The notes beneath the pieces were generated by a model. The model saw only the letters and a program-made list of their open reading frames with translations, was not told the DNA's origin and did not search any database. The position numbers and the translations under genes are program-made. From contig JBHPDX010000002.1 in assembly GCA_042577445.1 (NCBI GenBank), forward strand, positions 1 to 51,976: a stretch of 51,976 nucleotides of DNA, written 5' to 3'. This DNA comes from Candidatus Margulisiibacteriota bacterium. Lineage in GTDB: Bacteria > Margulisbacteria > WOR-1 > CAVSGV01 > JBHPDX01. Below are positions 9,058 to 17,868 of this stretch, one piece after another (positions within the stretch are counted from its first letter, which is position 1; every line of letters starts with the position of its first letter).

Positions 9058-9713
9058 TTTCTACCCAATTTTTTGAAACCTGATATTACATCTTTGTAGT
9101 TCTTCGATCCGAAGATGGCTGAAGCGGCGGCCAGGACATTCGCTCCAGCATCCACCACCTGCTTAGCATTGCCCGGATTGATCCCCCCATCCACTGCAAT
9201 ATCCAGCTTTAATTTTTTGCTGTCCACGATCCTGCGCAGCTCCGTTATCTTTGGAAGGACCTCCGGCATGAACTGCTGGCCTGCAAAACCGGGATTAACG
9301 GACATGATCAAGATCATATCAACCTTATCCAGTAATTTTTCGACGACTTTGATCGGCGTAGCAGGGTTAAGAGCGATCCCGGGTTTAACTGAATAGCTTC
9401 TTATCAGCTCAATATCCCTCTTTAAGTTCTTTGAGGCCTCTGCATGGATATTTATGATACCCGCCCCGGCTTTAGCAAAGTTCTCAATGTATCTATCGGG
9501 ATTCTCTATCATCAAGTGGGCCTCTATCGGGAGCTTGGTAATCTTGGAAATTGCACTTACAATAACAGGCCCCAAAGTGATATTCGGAACAAAATGCCCG
9601 TCCATAACATCAACGTGGATCATATCAGCCCCGCTATCCTCAATATTTATTATTTCTTCTCCTAATTTTGAAAAATCAGCAGAAAGAACAGATGGTGCAA
9701 CTTTTACTTCCAT
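9054..9713 (-). CDS. rpe: Ribulose-phosphate 3-epimerase
   Basis: 219 aa. PSVLSADF...HVDVMDGHFVPN...GVNPGFAGQ.F family pattern. Overlaps ribD by 4 nt. Confidence 0.9.
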   Translation of the reverse strand: MEVKVAPSVLSADFSKLGEEIINIEDSGADMIHVDVMDGHFVPNITLGPVIVSAISKITKLPIEAHLMIENPDRYIENFAKAGAGIINIHAEASKNLKRDIELIRSYSVKPGIALNPATPIKVVEKLLDKVDMILIMSVNPGFAGQQFMPEVLPKITELRRIVDSKKLKLDIAVDGGINPGNAKQVVDAGANVLAAASAIFGSKNYKDVISGFKKLGRK

Positions 9714-9724
9714 AACTGCCTCCT

Positions 9725-10522
9725 TTAAGGACTTTTAGAAACAGTAAGTACGACCGATGAGCCCACGCTTACTTCCTCATCCCACATCGGCTCCTGCCGC
9801 ATTACGATCCCTTCTTCTATAATATCCGTTTCCTGATAAGCGATCTTTGCAACATTGATCCTCATGTCATTTAAGATATCTTCCGCTTTCTCGAGCTTCT
9901 TGCCGATAAGATACGGCATCTTGATCAGGCCGAATTTTGGGTTTTTTGCAATGAACAGGTCAATATGAGATCCCGCTTCTACTTCCGTTTCCGCTGAAGG
10001 GAGCTGTCCCAGTATTATACCGGTTTGATATTTATCTGATGTCACTTCAACCGTAGCCCCCACTTTAAATCCCAACTCGGAAAGAAGCTGGCTTACCTGT
10101 GAATGCGGCCTTCCGATCATAGAAGGGACCGGCACCATTCTCTGCCCGGAAGATATCGTAAGATTGATTATTCTTCCCACTTTTACCCTTTTTTTAGGCC
10201 TGGGGTCCTGCAATATCACGCGGCCTTCAGGAATATACTTATCAAAATTTCTGCCGGCGATCCTTGGTTTCAGGCCGAATTCCTTGAGTACTGATATAGC
10301 CTCTGTAGAGCTCTGCCAGGTTATATCGGGGATGGTGACCTCCGGCACCGGTATAACATAAAAAACTAGGAGATACCCAACCACTATCGGCGATATGATG
10401 ACCATGAATATTGAGAGAATGACGAACTTGGGGGAAGGTATCTTCAATATATAGACCAGATACCCCGCCACTATCAATACCAGCATAACAAAGCTTAAAT
10501 ATAAAGTTAATATCTTGATCAT
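9725..10522 (-). CDS. Membrane-anchored protein with three PASTA repeats
   Basis: Two N-terminal TM helices, then three repeats of about 65 aa of the PASTA pattern (VP...G.....A...L...G......V.S......G.V..Q.P..G..V..GS.V.L..S). Own SD (AAGGTGA) 7 nt upstream. Confidence 0.75.
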   Translation of the reverse strand: MIKILTLYLSFVMLVLIVAGYLVYILKIPSPKFVILSIFMVIISPIVVGYLLVFYVIPVPEVTIPDITWQSSTEAISVLKEFGLKPRIAGRNFDKYIPEGRVILQDPRPKKRVKVGRIINLTISSGQRMVPVPSMIGRPHSQVSQLLSELGFKVGATVEVTSDKYQTGIILGQLPSAETEVEAGSHIDLFIAKNPKFGLIKMPYLIGKKLEKAEDILNDMRINVAKIAYQETDIIEEGIVMRQEPMWDEEVSVGSSVVLTVSKSP

Positions 10523-10527
10523 TTAGT

Positions 10528-11562
10528 TCACCTTGTACTTATCAGGCCCTGGATAAATGAATACCACAAACCCGAGGCTATGGCAATAAGTATAAAGAAC
10601 AGTATCCACATGAAAACATTCGGCTTTCTCCTAGCCGGCTTTTTAGCTTTTTTCTGAGGCTCTTCCGCCTGGCTAATACCCGGATCAATAGCCTCCATAT
10701 CATCATATATAAGATTGGAAAGGTCAACTTCCGCGCCCTTAAATATCAGGGCTTTTTCTTTTAGGCTTTCCTCTATCTCACCGATCCTTTTGAACCTCAT
10801 TACCGGGTCTTTTTCCAAGCATTTAAGAACTATCTCATCTAAATATTCCGGAACATTGGGGTTAAGTGTGGAAGGAGCCTGTGGTCTTTCCGTTAAATGC
10901 TTGATAGCAATTTCCAGATTGTTATCTCCGTTGAAAGGAAGCGTCCCGGTCAAAAGCTGATATAAGACCACCCCGAACGAATATATATCGGAAAGCTCTG
11001 ACACTTCCTCCCCTTTTATCTGCTCCGGGGAAAGATATCTTGAATCAAAAGATGTCTGGTGCGCGAGGAGGTCGATATTACTCCTCACCTTGCCCTCGAG
11101 TATAAAGTCTACAAGCTTTAGTTCCTTTTTCCTGGTAATAAATATGTTATTTGCACTAAGTGCGCCATGTATAACATCGTTGTCATGAGCGAAATGAAGC
11201 GCTTCCGCCACGCGTTTCGCTATATTTACCGAGGTATCAACATCAAAAGCCTCTGTGCTTAGTAACTCTCCCAAGTCATCTCCATCGATAAATTCCCTTA
11301 CAAAATAGTACCCCTGCCAGCCATAATCCCCGTCAAGTATTTTGGCAATAAGAGGGTGATCAATGCCGATCATCCTCATTACTTTGGGTCTAAGTTTATT
11401 GATCAATGGGCTGTTGAGCGCTGCCCGCTTGTAGACCTTTATTATAACGGGCACCTGGGTTCCTATAAGGAATCCCTCGTACGTAAAAGAAAAAGGACCT
11501 TCTCCTATTTTTTTTCCTATCTTATAGCGGCTTTTTAAAAAACGATCCATATTTTGCTCCAA
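10528..11562 (-). CDS. Hanks-type Ser/Thr protein kinase homologue, predicted pseudokinase, with C-terminal TM helix
   Basis: Kinase fold is recognisable (IGEGPFSFTY, VIIKVY, SPE, DIYSFGVVLYQLLTG.LPF). The catalytic loop is IHGALSANN instead of HRDLKP.N, and DFG is DFI. C-terminal TM is VFMWILFFILIAIASGLWYSFI. Confidence 0.8.
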   Translation of the reverse strand: MEQNMDRFLKSRYKIGKKIGEGPFSFTYEGFLIGTQVPVIIKVYKRAALNSPLINKLRPKVMRMIGIDHPLIAKILDGDYGWQGYYFVREFIDGDDLGELLSTEAFDVDTSVNIAKRVAEALHFAHDNDVIHGALSANNIFITRKKELKLVDFILEGKVRSNIDLLAHQTSFDSRYLSPEQIKGEEVSELSDIYSFGVVLYQLLTGTLPFNGDNNLEIAIKHLTERPQAPSTLNPNVPEYLDEIVLKCLEKDPVMRFKRIGEIEESLKEKALIFKGAEVDLSNLIYDDMEAIDPGISQAEEPQKKAKKPARRKPNVFMWILFFILIAIASGLWYSFIQGLISTR

Positions 11563-11590
11563 AAACGAAAAATATTATATCACACAAAGC

Positions 11591-11618
11591 ATTATAAAGA
11601 CGGGGCAGTTTAAGTCAA
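11591..11618 (-). promoter_or_regulatory. Putative sigma-70 promoter of the kinase-PASTA-rpe-ribD operon
   Basis: Reverse strand: TTGACT (11618-11613), a 16-nt spacer, then TATAAT (11596-11591). Confidence 0.5.
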
Positions 11619-11627
11619 ATAAGAGGT

Positions 11628-11855
11628 TTATTTATTCTCTTCAAAGGCGTCGGCGATCCACTTAAGCGCTTCCTCCGACCTCTGGATGCCGCTGGTAACG
11701 CGAAGCACGGGCCTCTTATCCCCGAAAGTCTTCACAAAAGCCGTCTTGCCGAGTTTGCTCTTTATATCCTTGTAACGTTCGTCTTTGATCTGCTCTTCGG
11801 GATGTACCGGCTTGGGAGCCTCTGGCTTAACTTTTCTTATCTCAAAATCGAACAT
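11628..11855 (-). CDS. Hypothetical 75-aa protein
   Basis: ORF only. Its start overlaps the stop of the upstream 110-aa ORF by 1 nt (TAATG), which suggests translational coupling. Confidence 0.5.
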   Translation of the reverse strand: MFDFEIRKVKPEAPKPVHPEEQIKDERYKDIKSKLGKTAFVKTFGDKRPVLRVTSGIQRSEEALKWIADAFEENK

Positions 11856-12187
11856 TACCCTCTCCTTTTAACCTCTATGGTCACCACGTCGCTTACATCC
11901 GCATGTGAGAAAAAATAATCAAGGATACCGGAAAGGATCTTATATTCTTTATCAGTTCCCTGCACCTTATCGACCAGCAGCATATGGTTATCGGCATTAT
12001 ACTCAAACATAACAAAGGGCGCGGAAGGTGTTCTCTGGTAAAGAATTACCCATCTTTCCGAATCTATGCCGATCGCGACTTTGGAACCGTCAGGAAGCGT
12101 CAGCTTCTCGTTCCGAAAAGCGATCGTCCCCGCGAATTTCTTGTCATGCTCTTTAACAACTGTTAAATGCTGCTGAATTGTAGGCAT
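11855..12187 (-). CDS. Hypothetical 110-aa protein
   Basis: ORF preceded by a near-consensus promoter placed so that the ATG is at or next to the transcription start. I recognise no family. Confidence 0.55.
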   Translation of the reverse strand: MPTIQQHLTVVKEHDKKFAGTIAFRNEKLTLPDGSKVAIGIDSERWVILYQRTPSAPFVMFEYNADNHMLLVDKVQGTDKEYKILSGILDYFFSHADVSDVVTIEVKRRG

Positions 12188-12193
12188 GTGAAA

Positions 12194-12222
12194 ATAATAG
12201 CCTTCTCAGCGTAAATTGTCAA
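12194..12222 (-). promoter_or_regulatory. Near-consensus sigma-70 promoter giving a leaderless mRNA
   Basis: Reverse strand: TTGACA (12222-12217), a 17-nt spacer, TATTAT (12199-12194), then only 6 nt before the ATG at 12187. No SD. Confidence 0.55.
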
Positions 12223-12317
12223 TAAACACGGGGAAAACTGGCAATAAAAAAGTGAAATTTTAACCAAAATACAGCGATATATAAACGGGTCATTTCTATG
12301 AAAGGGGATTTCGAAAC

Positions 12318-14798
12318 ATGGTTCCAAAAATTACAGGTCAAGTTCAAAGTGTCAAACATATCATCCTGAGGAATGGATCAGCAAAGCACAGATTTGTATG
12401 TGATCCTGCTACCGGCGATTTTCACGATACTATTAATCCGACCATCGTGGGACGTATAACGAATAGACAGTTCGGCATATATAGCGGTGGAATGCCCTTG
12501 CCTGAAGGATATGAACATCTAAATGAAGCGAGTAAGGTCAAGGCCACAAGATTCTTCAACAGCAGAACAGCTACCCAGCCTCATTTAAAATGGATGGAGC
12601 AAAGATTTTTACGAATGCTGGAAATGGTCGCCACAAACGCTATGACCAATGAAGTAGCATCTGATTCAATTGAAGTTGTAGATCCTTCAGATAAACAATA
12701 CTTCAGTAAGTACGAGAATTTTGGAAGAAATGAGGAGCGCCTAAGAGAATTAGGAGCAGATATCTTAGGAAAGGGGAAACTCCTAGTTATTGACTTAGTA
12801 GCAGGTATGGCAACAGGTTTTGGTGGAACGGCAAAAGGAGCCGTACAGGCACACCTGGACGCACGATATGAGAATGAAAGAGGCATCACTTATTTGGATA
12901 TAAAAAGGGGCAATTATCTGCGCTTACAGAGAGAATCAAAGAGCCACCTTATAGCCGCAGTCATGGTCAGTGATCCGACAGAAAAAGATATTATCGCAAG
13001 CCTGGAAACCTTTGCAAAGAACAACAGCGTCAACCTGGTACTGATCAGAGACGGGGCAAGTAGGAGTGATGTCGAAAAGATCTGGAAAGAACATAAGGAT
13101 GATTGGGAAAATACAATAATCGTCCCTATCATAAGGCAGCCTACCACTTTGTATGTCAGCAAAGACGGCAAAGAAGCCGGGGAAGAATACATGAAAGGAC
13201 ACGGTGATTTTTATGATGTGGTGAAATCACAACTTAAGGATATATTTGCTGTTATGGGAATTGAATATGTCTTTACTTCAAATATTGATAACACGGGTTC
13301 AATGGTATCAAGAGCGATCCTTGGTCATCTTGTAGAGCAAATGCAGCAGGAGCAGATCGATGCGATATTGGAAGTTGCTGAAAAATTCGAAGGGGATAAA
13401 GGCGGGACCCCTGCCCTGGTAAACGGGAAATTTACAATACTAGAAGGGGCTTTTGTACCTGCCGAATGGAAAGACCGCTATAACGGACGCGAGATCTTCC
13501 CTTATTTCAATACTAATACTTTCTGGTTCTCGGCCAAGGCCCTTTTAAACAACGAATTCAAACTGCCGATGATGACATCCAAGGTCATAGATGATAAATG
13601 GCTGAAAGTAGAGTCGATCATGGGACATGGACTGGAATCAATAAAATGGAAAGCCCTTGTAGTGGACCGCGGTTTGCGATTTTTGCCGGCAAAATTCTTG
13701 ACCGACCTTTGGACAGGGAGATCGGACTGGATGAGATGGGTACGCGGCAGACTCATGCCTGTTATGCGTGACGGTGAATATGTGCAGAAGCCGCTCACAG
13801 AAATATCAAAAGCAACATTAAGTGCCGTAAGCGATCTCAACGCCAGGATCTTTATGAATGGACAATACGATTCAATGAAGGAATTGAAAACACTTGTCAT
13901 AGGTGGGGAAGGGAAACATTTCCATAAGCTCGGTGACTTTACAACAAAATGCGGAGTCTGCTATAAGGGTGACGTCGCAATAATATTCGAGCATAAGGAA
14001 GGGAAAACACCCGGGATATTGATCATACAAGGCGCATCAGAGGCTGATGAAATAACACTGGAGGACAGCGTGATATTTGTTCCGGCCGGACAATCTGTCA
14101 TCATAAATAAATCAAATAAGGGAAAAATAGATCCTGATATAAAACGAAAGGATCTTGAGGCCTTTTTGGTAAATGCCAGTCGCTGGACGGATAAGCAGAG
14201 AAAACGTGTCTTAGAGAAATTTTTTCCTTCCGAGGATATACTTCCAACCCTCAATGAATATTTTAGTCATGAATATCTTCAAAGCCTCACGGATACTGCC
14301 CGAGAACATGCAGAAGCCCTGCTGAAGGTTTTCAATGTAAGCGGTTTGATCCATTACGAGGTCATGGATACCAAAGGCGATAAGGTCACCATAGAAGCAA
14401 AAAAGATAATCGGAAGCGCAAAAACGTATAGATCCAAGGCTGAAGGAAGAAAGGTGGAGGCCTCAAGTTCAAAGTCCGCTCTTGTAATTGAGGGAGACAG
14501 AATTGACGTAAATTCAGCAGCGGGTGCCGCACTCGTCACTTTCCCGATCATAAAGGACGGCATAACAGTCACACTAATAACACTGCACGGCAAATACAAT
14601 GAACAATATCCGTCGGCTGAAAAGATCAATCTTCTTAAGGGAAAATCGAAACAGGTAATAGAACTATTATCAAACAAGGGTATTACTGATAATGACCAAA
14701 TATCAAAGGAATTCTCTAATATAGCATGGGGCTTTTTATTGGAGAATACACCTAACGAGATAGCCACACAGATCCAAAAAAGGATAATAAACAGCTAA
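12318..14798 (+). CDS. Large UDPGP-family (UTP-hexose-1-phosphate uridylyltransferase, eukaryotic-type) nucleotidyltransferase with N- and C-terminal extensions
   Basis: 826 aa. The core carries LVAGMATGFGG (cf. LNGGLGT.MG), KGHGDFY (cf. P.GHGD.Y), SNIDNTG (cf. N.DNLG), GDKGG and FNTNTFWF (cf. FNTNN.W). About 150 aa N-terminal and about 250 aa C-terminal are unassigned. SD AAAGGGGA. Confidence 0.7.
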   Translation: MVPKITGQVQSVKHIILRNGSAKHRFVCDPATGDFHDTINPTIVGRITNRQFGIYSGGMPLPEGYEHLNEASKVKATRFFNSRTATQPHLKWMEQRFLRMLEMVATNAMTNEVASDSIEVVDPSDKQYFSKYENFGRNEERLRELGADILGKGKLLVIDLVAGMATGFGGTAKGAVQAHLDARYENERGITYLDIKRGNYLRLQRESKSHLIAAVMVSDPTEKDIIASLETFAKNNSVNLVLIRDGASRSDVEKIWKEHKDDWENTIIVPIIRQPTTLYVSKDGKEAGEEYMKGHGDFYDVVKSQLKDIFAVMGIEYVFTSNIDNTGSMVSRAILGHLVEQMQQEQIDAILEVAEKFEGDKGGTPALVNGKFTILEGAFVPAEWKDRYNGREIFPYFNTNTFWFSAKALLNNEFKLPMMTSKVIDDKWLKVESIMGHGLESIKWKALVVDRGLRFLPAKFLTDLWTGRSDWMRWVRGRLMPVMRDGEYVQKPLTEISKATLSAVSDLNARIFMNGQYDSMKELKTLVIGGEGKHFHKLGDFTTKCGVCYKGDVAIIFEHKEGKTPGILIIQGASEADEITLEDSVIFVPAGQSVIINKSNKGKIDPDIKRKDLEAFLVNASRWTDKQRKRVLEKFFPSEDILPTLNEYFSHEYLQSLTDTAREHAEALLKVFNVSGLIHYEVMDTKGDKVTIEAKKIIGSAKTYRSKAEGRKVEASSSKSALVIEGDRIDVNSAAGAALVTFPIIKDGITVTLITLHGKYNEQYPSAEKINLLKGKSKQVIELLSNKGITDNDQISKEFSNIAWGFLLENTPNEIATQIQKRIINS

Positions 14799-14823
14799 AT
14801 AACGGTCCAGCCCCTGATTATAA

Positions 14824-14861
14824 GGCTGATTTCGCTGAAAAGTGAAATCAGCCCCTCTTTT
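14824..14861 (+). terminator. Rho-independent terminator after the UDPGP-family gene
   Basis: Perfect 10-bp stem GGCTGATTTC / GAAATCAGCC, a 10-nt loop, then CCTCTTTT. Confidence 0.6.
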
Positions 14862-14895
14862 AGCCGATATATATATAGAGGGAAGTGAGGCTAAA

Positions 14896-15069
14896 ATGGG
14901 CAACAAGAAGAACAAAATATGGGAAGTAATAATCGTTAACGGCATCAAGTACGTCAAGGATGCCATAAACTCCAAGCTGATCGCATCGCAAATGGCGCTT
15001 AAAGGGAAAACAGTGAACACGGTATCATTTAAGACCTTAATGAAAACAAGTACAGGATTCATTATTTAA
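14896..15069 (+). CDS. Hypothetical small protein (57 aa from the internal ATG)
   Basis: ORF track start 14842 lies inside the terminator hairpin. The ATG at 14896 has GAGG 8 nt upstream. No family recognised, and coding status is uncertain. Confidence 0.35.
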   Translation: MGNKKNKIWEVIIVNGIKYVKDAINSKLIASQMALKGKTVNTVSFKTLMKTSTGFII

Positions 15070-15081
15070 GCGGTGGTTTTT

Positions 15082-15300
15082 ATGAAGAATTTGAACGATA
15101 AAAAAATGCTGGCAACAATAAATAAACTGATCATAGGTCAATACACTAAGAGCGTCAAAGAAGTTAAGTCCGAAAGCATAACTCTCTTTAAGTGCTTTCC
15201 TCTGACAGGGACCCCGAATATATCAGAGTCAGTGACCATAACCATGTTCGAAAATCTGGAAACAATACTCTCTGAAAAGCACAACCTCAGCAAGAACTAA
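15082..15300 (+). CDS. Hypothetical small protein (72 aa from the ATG)
   Basis: ORF only. Ends 1 nt before the convergent recN stop. Confidence 0.35.
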   Translation: MKNLNDKKMLATINKLIIGQYTKSVKEVKSESITLFKCFPLTGTPNISESVTITMFENLETILSEKHNLSKN

Positions 15301-15301
15301 A

Positions 15302-16996
15302 TTACTTTTTGTGAAGCATTTCCTCTGCCGTCTTTAATGAAGAATCCGTTACTTTTCCGCTTACCATCCTTGCAAGCTCTTTTATCTTGTCATTCTTACC
15401 CAGTTCTTTGACCTCAACGGATGTTCTGCCGGCCTTGACCGTTTTATCAACGAACAAATGGCTGCTGGCAAAAGAAGCGATCTGCGGCAAATGAGTAATG
15501 CAGATGACCTGATGGGCTTTTGAAAGCTTGGAGAGCTTATCGCCTACTGATGTTGCGGTATTCCCGCCTATGCCGACATCTATTTCATCAAATATCATCG
15601 TAGGGATAAGGTCGGTTTTCATGAGTATTGTTTTCAATGCGAGCATGATGCGGGAGATCTCACCGCCGGAAGCGATCTTGGCCAGAGGCTTTAGAGGCTC
15701 TCCGGGATTAGGTGATATAAGGAATTCGATATCATCAATGCCGACTTCATTATATTGAAAGTCTTTGCCGTCAACTTTGATCGAATTTTCTGACGCGCAT
15801 TTCCGGAAATCCACTTTGAACTTGACCTTTTTCATGTTCAGCTCTTCCAGTTCATCGATCGCTTTCTTTTCGATGTCTTTGGCAACTGTCTTTCTTAAGT
15901 TTGACAGCTTGACCGCCTTGTCGACCATTTCTTTAGATAGTTTCTTGACCTCTGATCCAAGCTTACCTATCTCTTCATCGCTGTGGACCAGTGTGGTCAA
16001 CTCTTTCTTCTTGTCTTCCTTGAATTTATGGATATCCTTTATCGTCTGGCCGTATTTCTTCTTTAATTGTTTGAGCAGATGAATTCTATCTTCAACTTCT
16101 TCCAGGCGTTTTGGGTTGAACGTAAGTTTTTCCTTGTAGTTTTCAAGTTCACGCGAAATATCTTCGATCTGATAGGTAGCTTCGCTGTAATTATTGAATA
16201 TACCGGAGACTGACTTATCCACTTCCGCAATATCTTTGAACTCGGACAGTATTTCCTTTAATTTATCAACAACGCTTAAACCTTCGCCTTTCAGTGAGCC
16301 CGATATCATACTTAATTTCTCGCTTATCTTTTCTGCATTTGCAAGCAATGATCTTTCCTGCTCAAGCTCCTTTTCCTCGCCTTCTTTCAGGCCGGCCTCT
16401 TCGATCTCCTTGATCTGGAATTTCGCGAAATCGATCTGTTTTTCTCGCTCTTCGGCTGACTTCTTTAAATTATTCAGCTTGTCTTTTGACTGCTGAAGCT
16501 GGTTGAATGCTTTGGAAACCTCACCGCGCAAACTCAATAATTCCCTTCCGCCAAGGGAATCAAGGAGGTATATGTGATTTTCTATCTGAAGGAGCGATTG
16601 ATGCTCGTGCTGGCCGTGGATGTCGATCAAATTCCTGCTTATGCTCCGCAAAGCTGACTGAGTGATCGCCCTTCCGTTCACTTTGGCCTGGGTTTTTCCG
16701 GCAGCGGCCTCTCTGGAGATTATTACCTGCGAATCGCCTTCAAATCCCAGTTCTTTCAGCGCTTTTTTAAGCTTGCTGTTATTTGTAATATCAAAAGAGG
16801 CGTCTACATATGCTTTTTCTTTCCCTGTCCGAACTACCCCCCCGCCTACCCTTTCACCAAGTACCATGCTCAAAGCTCCGACTATTATGGATTTTCCGGC
16901 GCCTGTTTCACCCGTTAAAACGTTGAAGCCGTCTTTAAAGTCCAGGTCAAGCTCATCGATCAAAGCGTAGTTCTTTATTTTTAGAGAATTAAGCAT
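15302..16996 (-). CDS. recN: DNA repair protein RecN
   Basis: 564 aa. Walker A GETGAGKS, a long coiled-coil middle, and C-terminal SGGE signature / FDEIDVGIGG Walker B. Confidence 0.95.
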   Translation of the reverse strand: MLNSLKIKNYALIDELDLDFKDGFNVLTGETGAGKSIIVGALSMVLGERVGGGVVRTGKEKAYVDASFDITNNSKLKKALKELGFEGDSQVIISREAAAGKTQAKVNGRAITQSALRSISRNLIDIHGQHEHQSLLQIENHIYLLDSLGGRELLSLRGEVSKAFNQLQQSKDKLNNLKKSAEEREKQIDFAKFQIKEIEEAGLKEGEEKELEQERSLLANAEKISEKLSMISGSLKGEGLSVVDKLKEILSEFKDIAEVDKSVSGIFNNYSEATYQIEDISRELENYKEKLTFNPKRLEEVEDRIHLLKQLKKKYGQTIKDIHKFKEDKKKELTTLVHSDEEIGKLGSEVKKLSKEMVDKAVKLSNLRKTVAKDIEKKAIDELEELNMKKVKFKVDFRKCASENSIKVDGKDFQYNEVGIDDIEFLISPNPGEPLKPLAKIASGGEISRIMLALKTILMKTDLIPTMIFDEIDVGIGGNTATSVGDKLSKLSKAHQVICITHLPQIASFASSHLFVDKTVKAGRTSVEVKELGKNDKIKELARMVSGKVTDSSLKTAEEMLHKK

Positions 16997-16997
16997 T

Positions 16998-17843
16998 TTA
17001 GTCCCATTTTAATTTGGATCTAAGGACCTTAAAGAAGTCGTATTCCTTAAGTCTTATGAATTTTGTCCGCATAGGCGCTTCCGTGAAAACTATTTTATCT
17101 TTTTCCTTAAGTTTGATCACCTGTTGGCCGTCAGCTGTAAGAAGCACGGCTCCGAGCTTTCCCGGGGATTTGTCTATATTGACGGTCACTCTCACAAGCT
17201 CCTGGTCTCTTCTTGCCGAAAGCACTATCGGCCTGTCGGACATGGAATGCGGGCATATCGGCGATATTATGAACGTGGGCGTCGTCGGATAAACTATCGG
17301 GCCTCCCACGGAAATATTGTAAGCCGTGGAGCCTGTAGGAGTTGAGATTATGATCCCGTCAGCGTTATGTGTGCGCACCAGCATATCGTCCACGTATACA
17401 TTGAACCTTATAAGCCTTGCGATCCCGGCCTTGGTTATGACCACATCATTTAAGGCGAATGTCTGTCCGATCTTCCTGGAACCGCGGAACACCGTGGCCT
17501 GGATCATCATTCTTTCGTCAAGCTTATAGTTCCCGCAAAGGACCTTTGGCAGGACTTTTAAGGCGGCATCCGGTTTTACTTCGCTTAAAAAACCGAACCG
17601 TCCCATATTGACGCCAAAAACAGGGATATCATGCTGGGAGGCAACTCTTGCCGCCCGGAGCATCGTTCCGTCGCCGCCGACAGAGATCAAAAGGTCAACG
17701 CCTTTTAAACTCTTGTTCTTGACGGCTACTCTATCTTTTGTAAGTTTAACGGTGTAGCCTTTGCGTTTCAGGAAATTATAGATCTTTTTAGCGGCTGCGG
17801 TTATTTTCCCTTCCGGTTTATAAAAAACAAGTAAGTTCTTCAT
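16998..17843 (-). CDS. nadK: NAD kinase
   Basis: 281 aa. GGDGTMLRAA motif and the NAD kinase C-terminal pattern (ADG.I.STPTGSTAY..S.GGP). Confidence 0.9.
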   Translation of the reverse strand: MKNLLVFYKPEGKITAAAKKIYNFLKRKGYTVKLTKDRVAVKNKSLKGVDLLISVGGDGTMLRAARVASQHDIPVFGVNMGRFGFLSEVKPDAALKVLPKVLCGNYKLDERMMIQATVFRGSRKIGQTFALNDVVITKAGIARLIRFNVYVDDMLVRTHNADGIIISTPTGSTAYNISVGGPIVYPTTPTFIISPICPHSMSDRPIVLSARRDQELVRVTVNIDKSPGKLGAVLLTADGQQVIKLKEKDKIVFTEAPMRTKFIRLKEYDFFKVLRSKLKWD

Positions 17844-17868
17844 GCACTCCTCCTTTTAACATATGCTA

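Noticed and set aside
10523-10530. Kinase/PASTA split as a recent nonsense mutation or pseudogene
   Set aside because: Rejected tentatively. The PASTA ORF is in a different frame and has its own SD 7 nt upstream and its own TM helices, so a single stop-codon mutation does not explain it. A frameshift sequencing error cannot be excluded without reads.
12581-14767. Several 88-137-aa reverse-strand ORFs (12581-12889, 12914-13202, 13502-13900, 13961-14254, 14354-14767)
   Set aside because: All lie antisense within the 826-aa UDPGP-family gene, whose motifs are in order and in frame. The antisense products are Ser/Phe/Leu-rich shadows.
14842-14895. Upstream start of the first small ORF
   Set aside because: The start codon lies inside the stem-loop of the terminator at 14824-14861. 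The internal ATG at 14896 has a better context.
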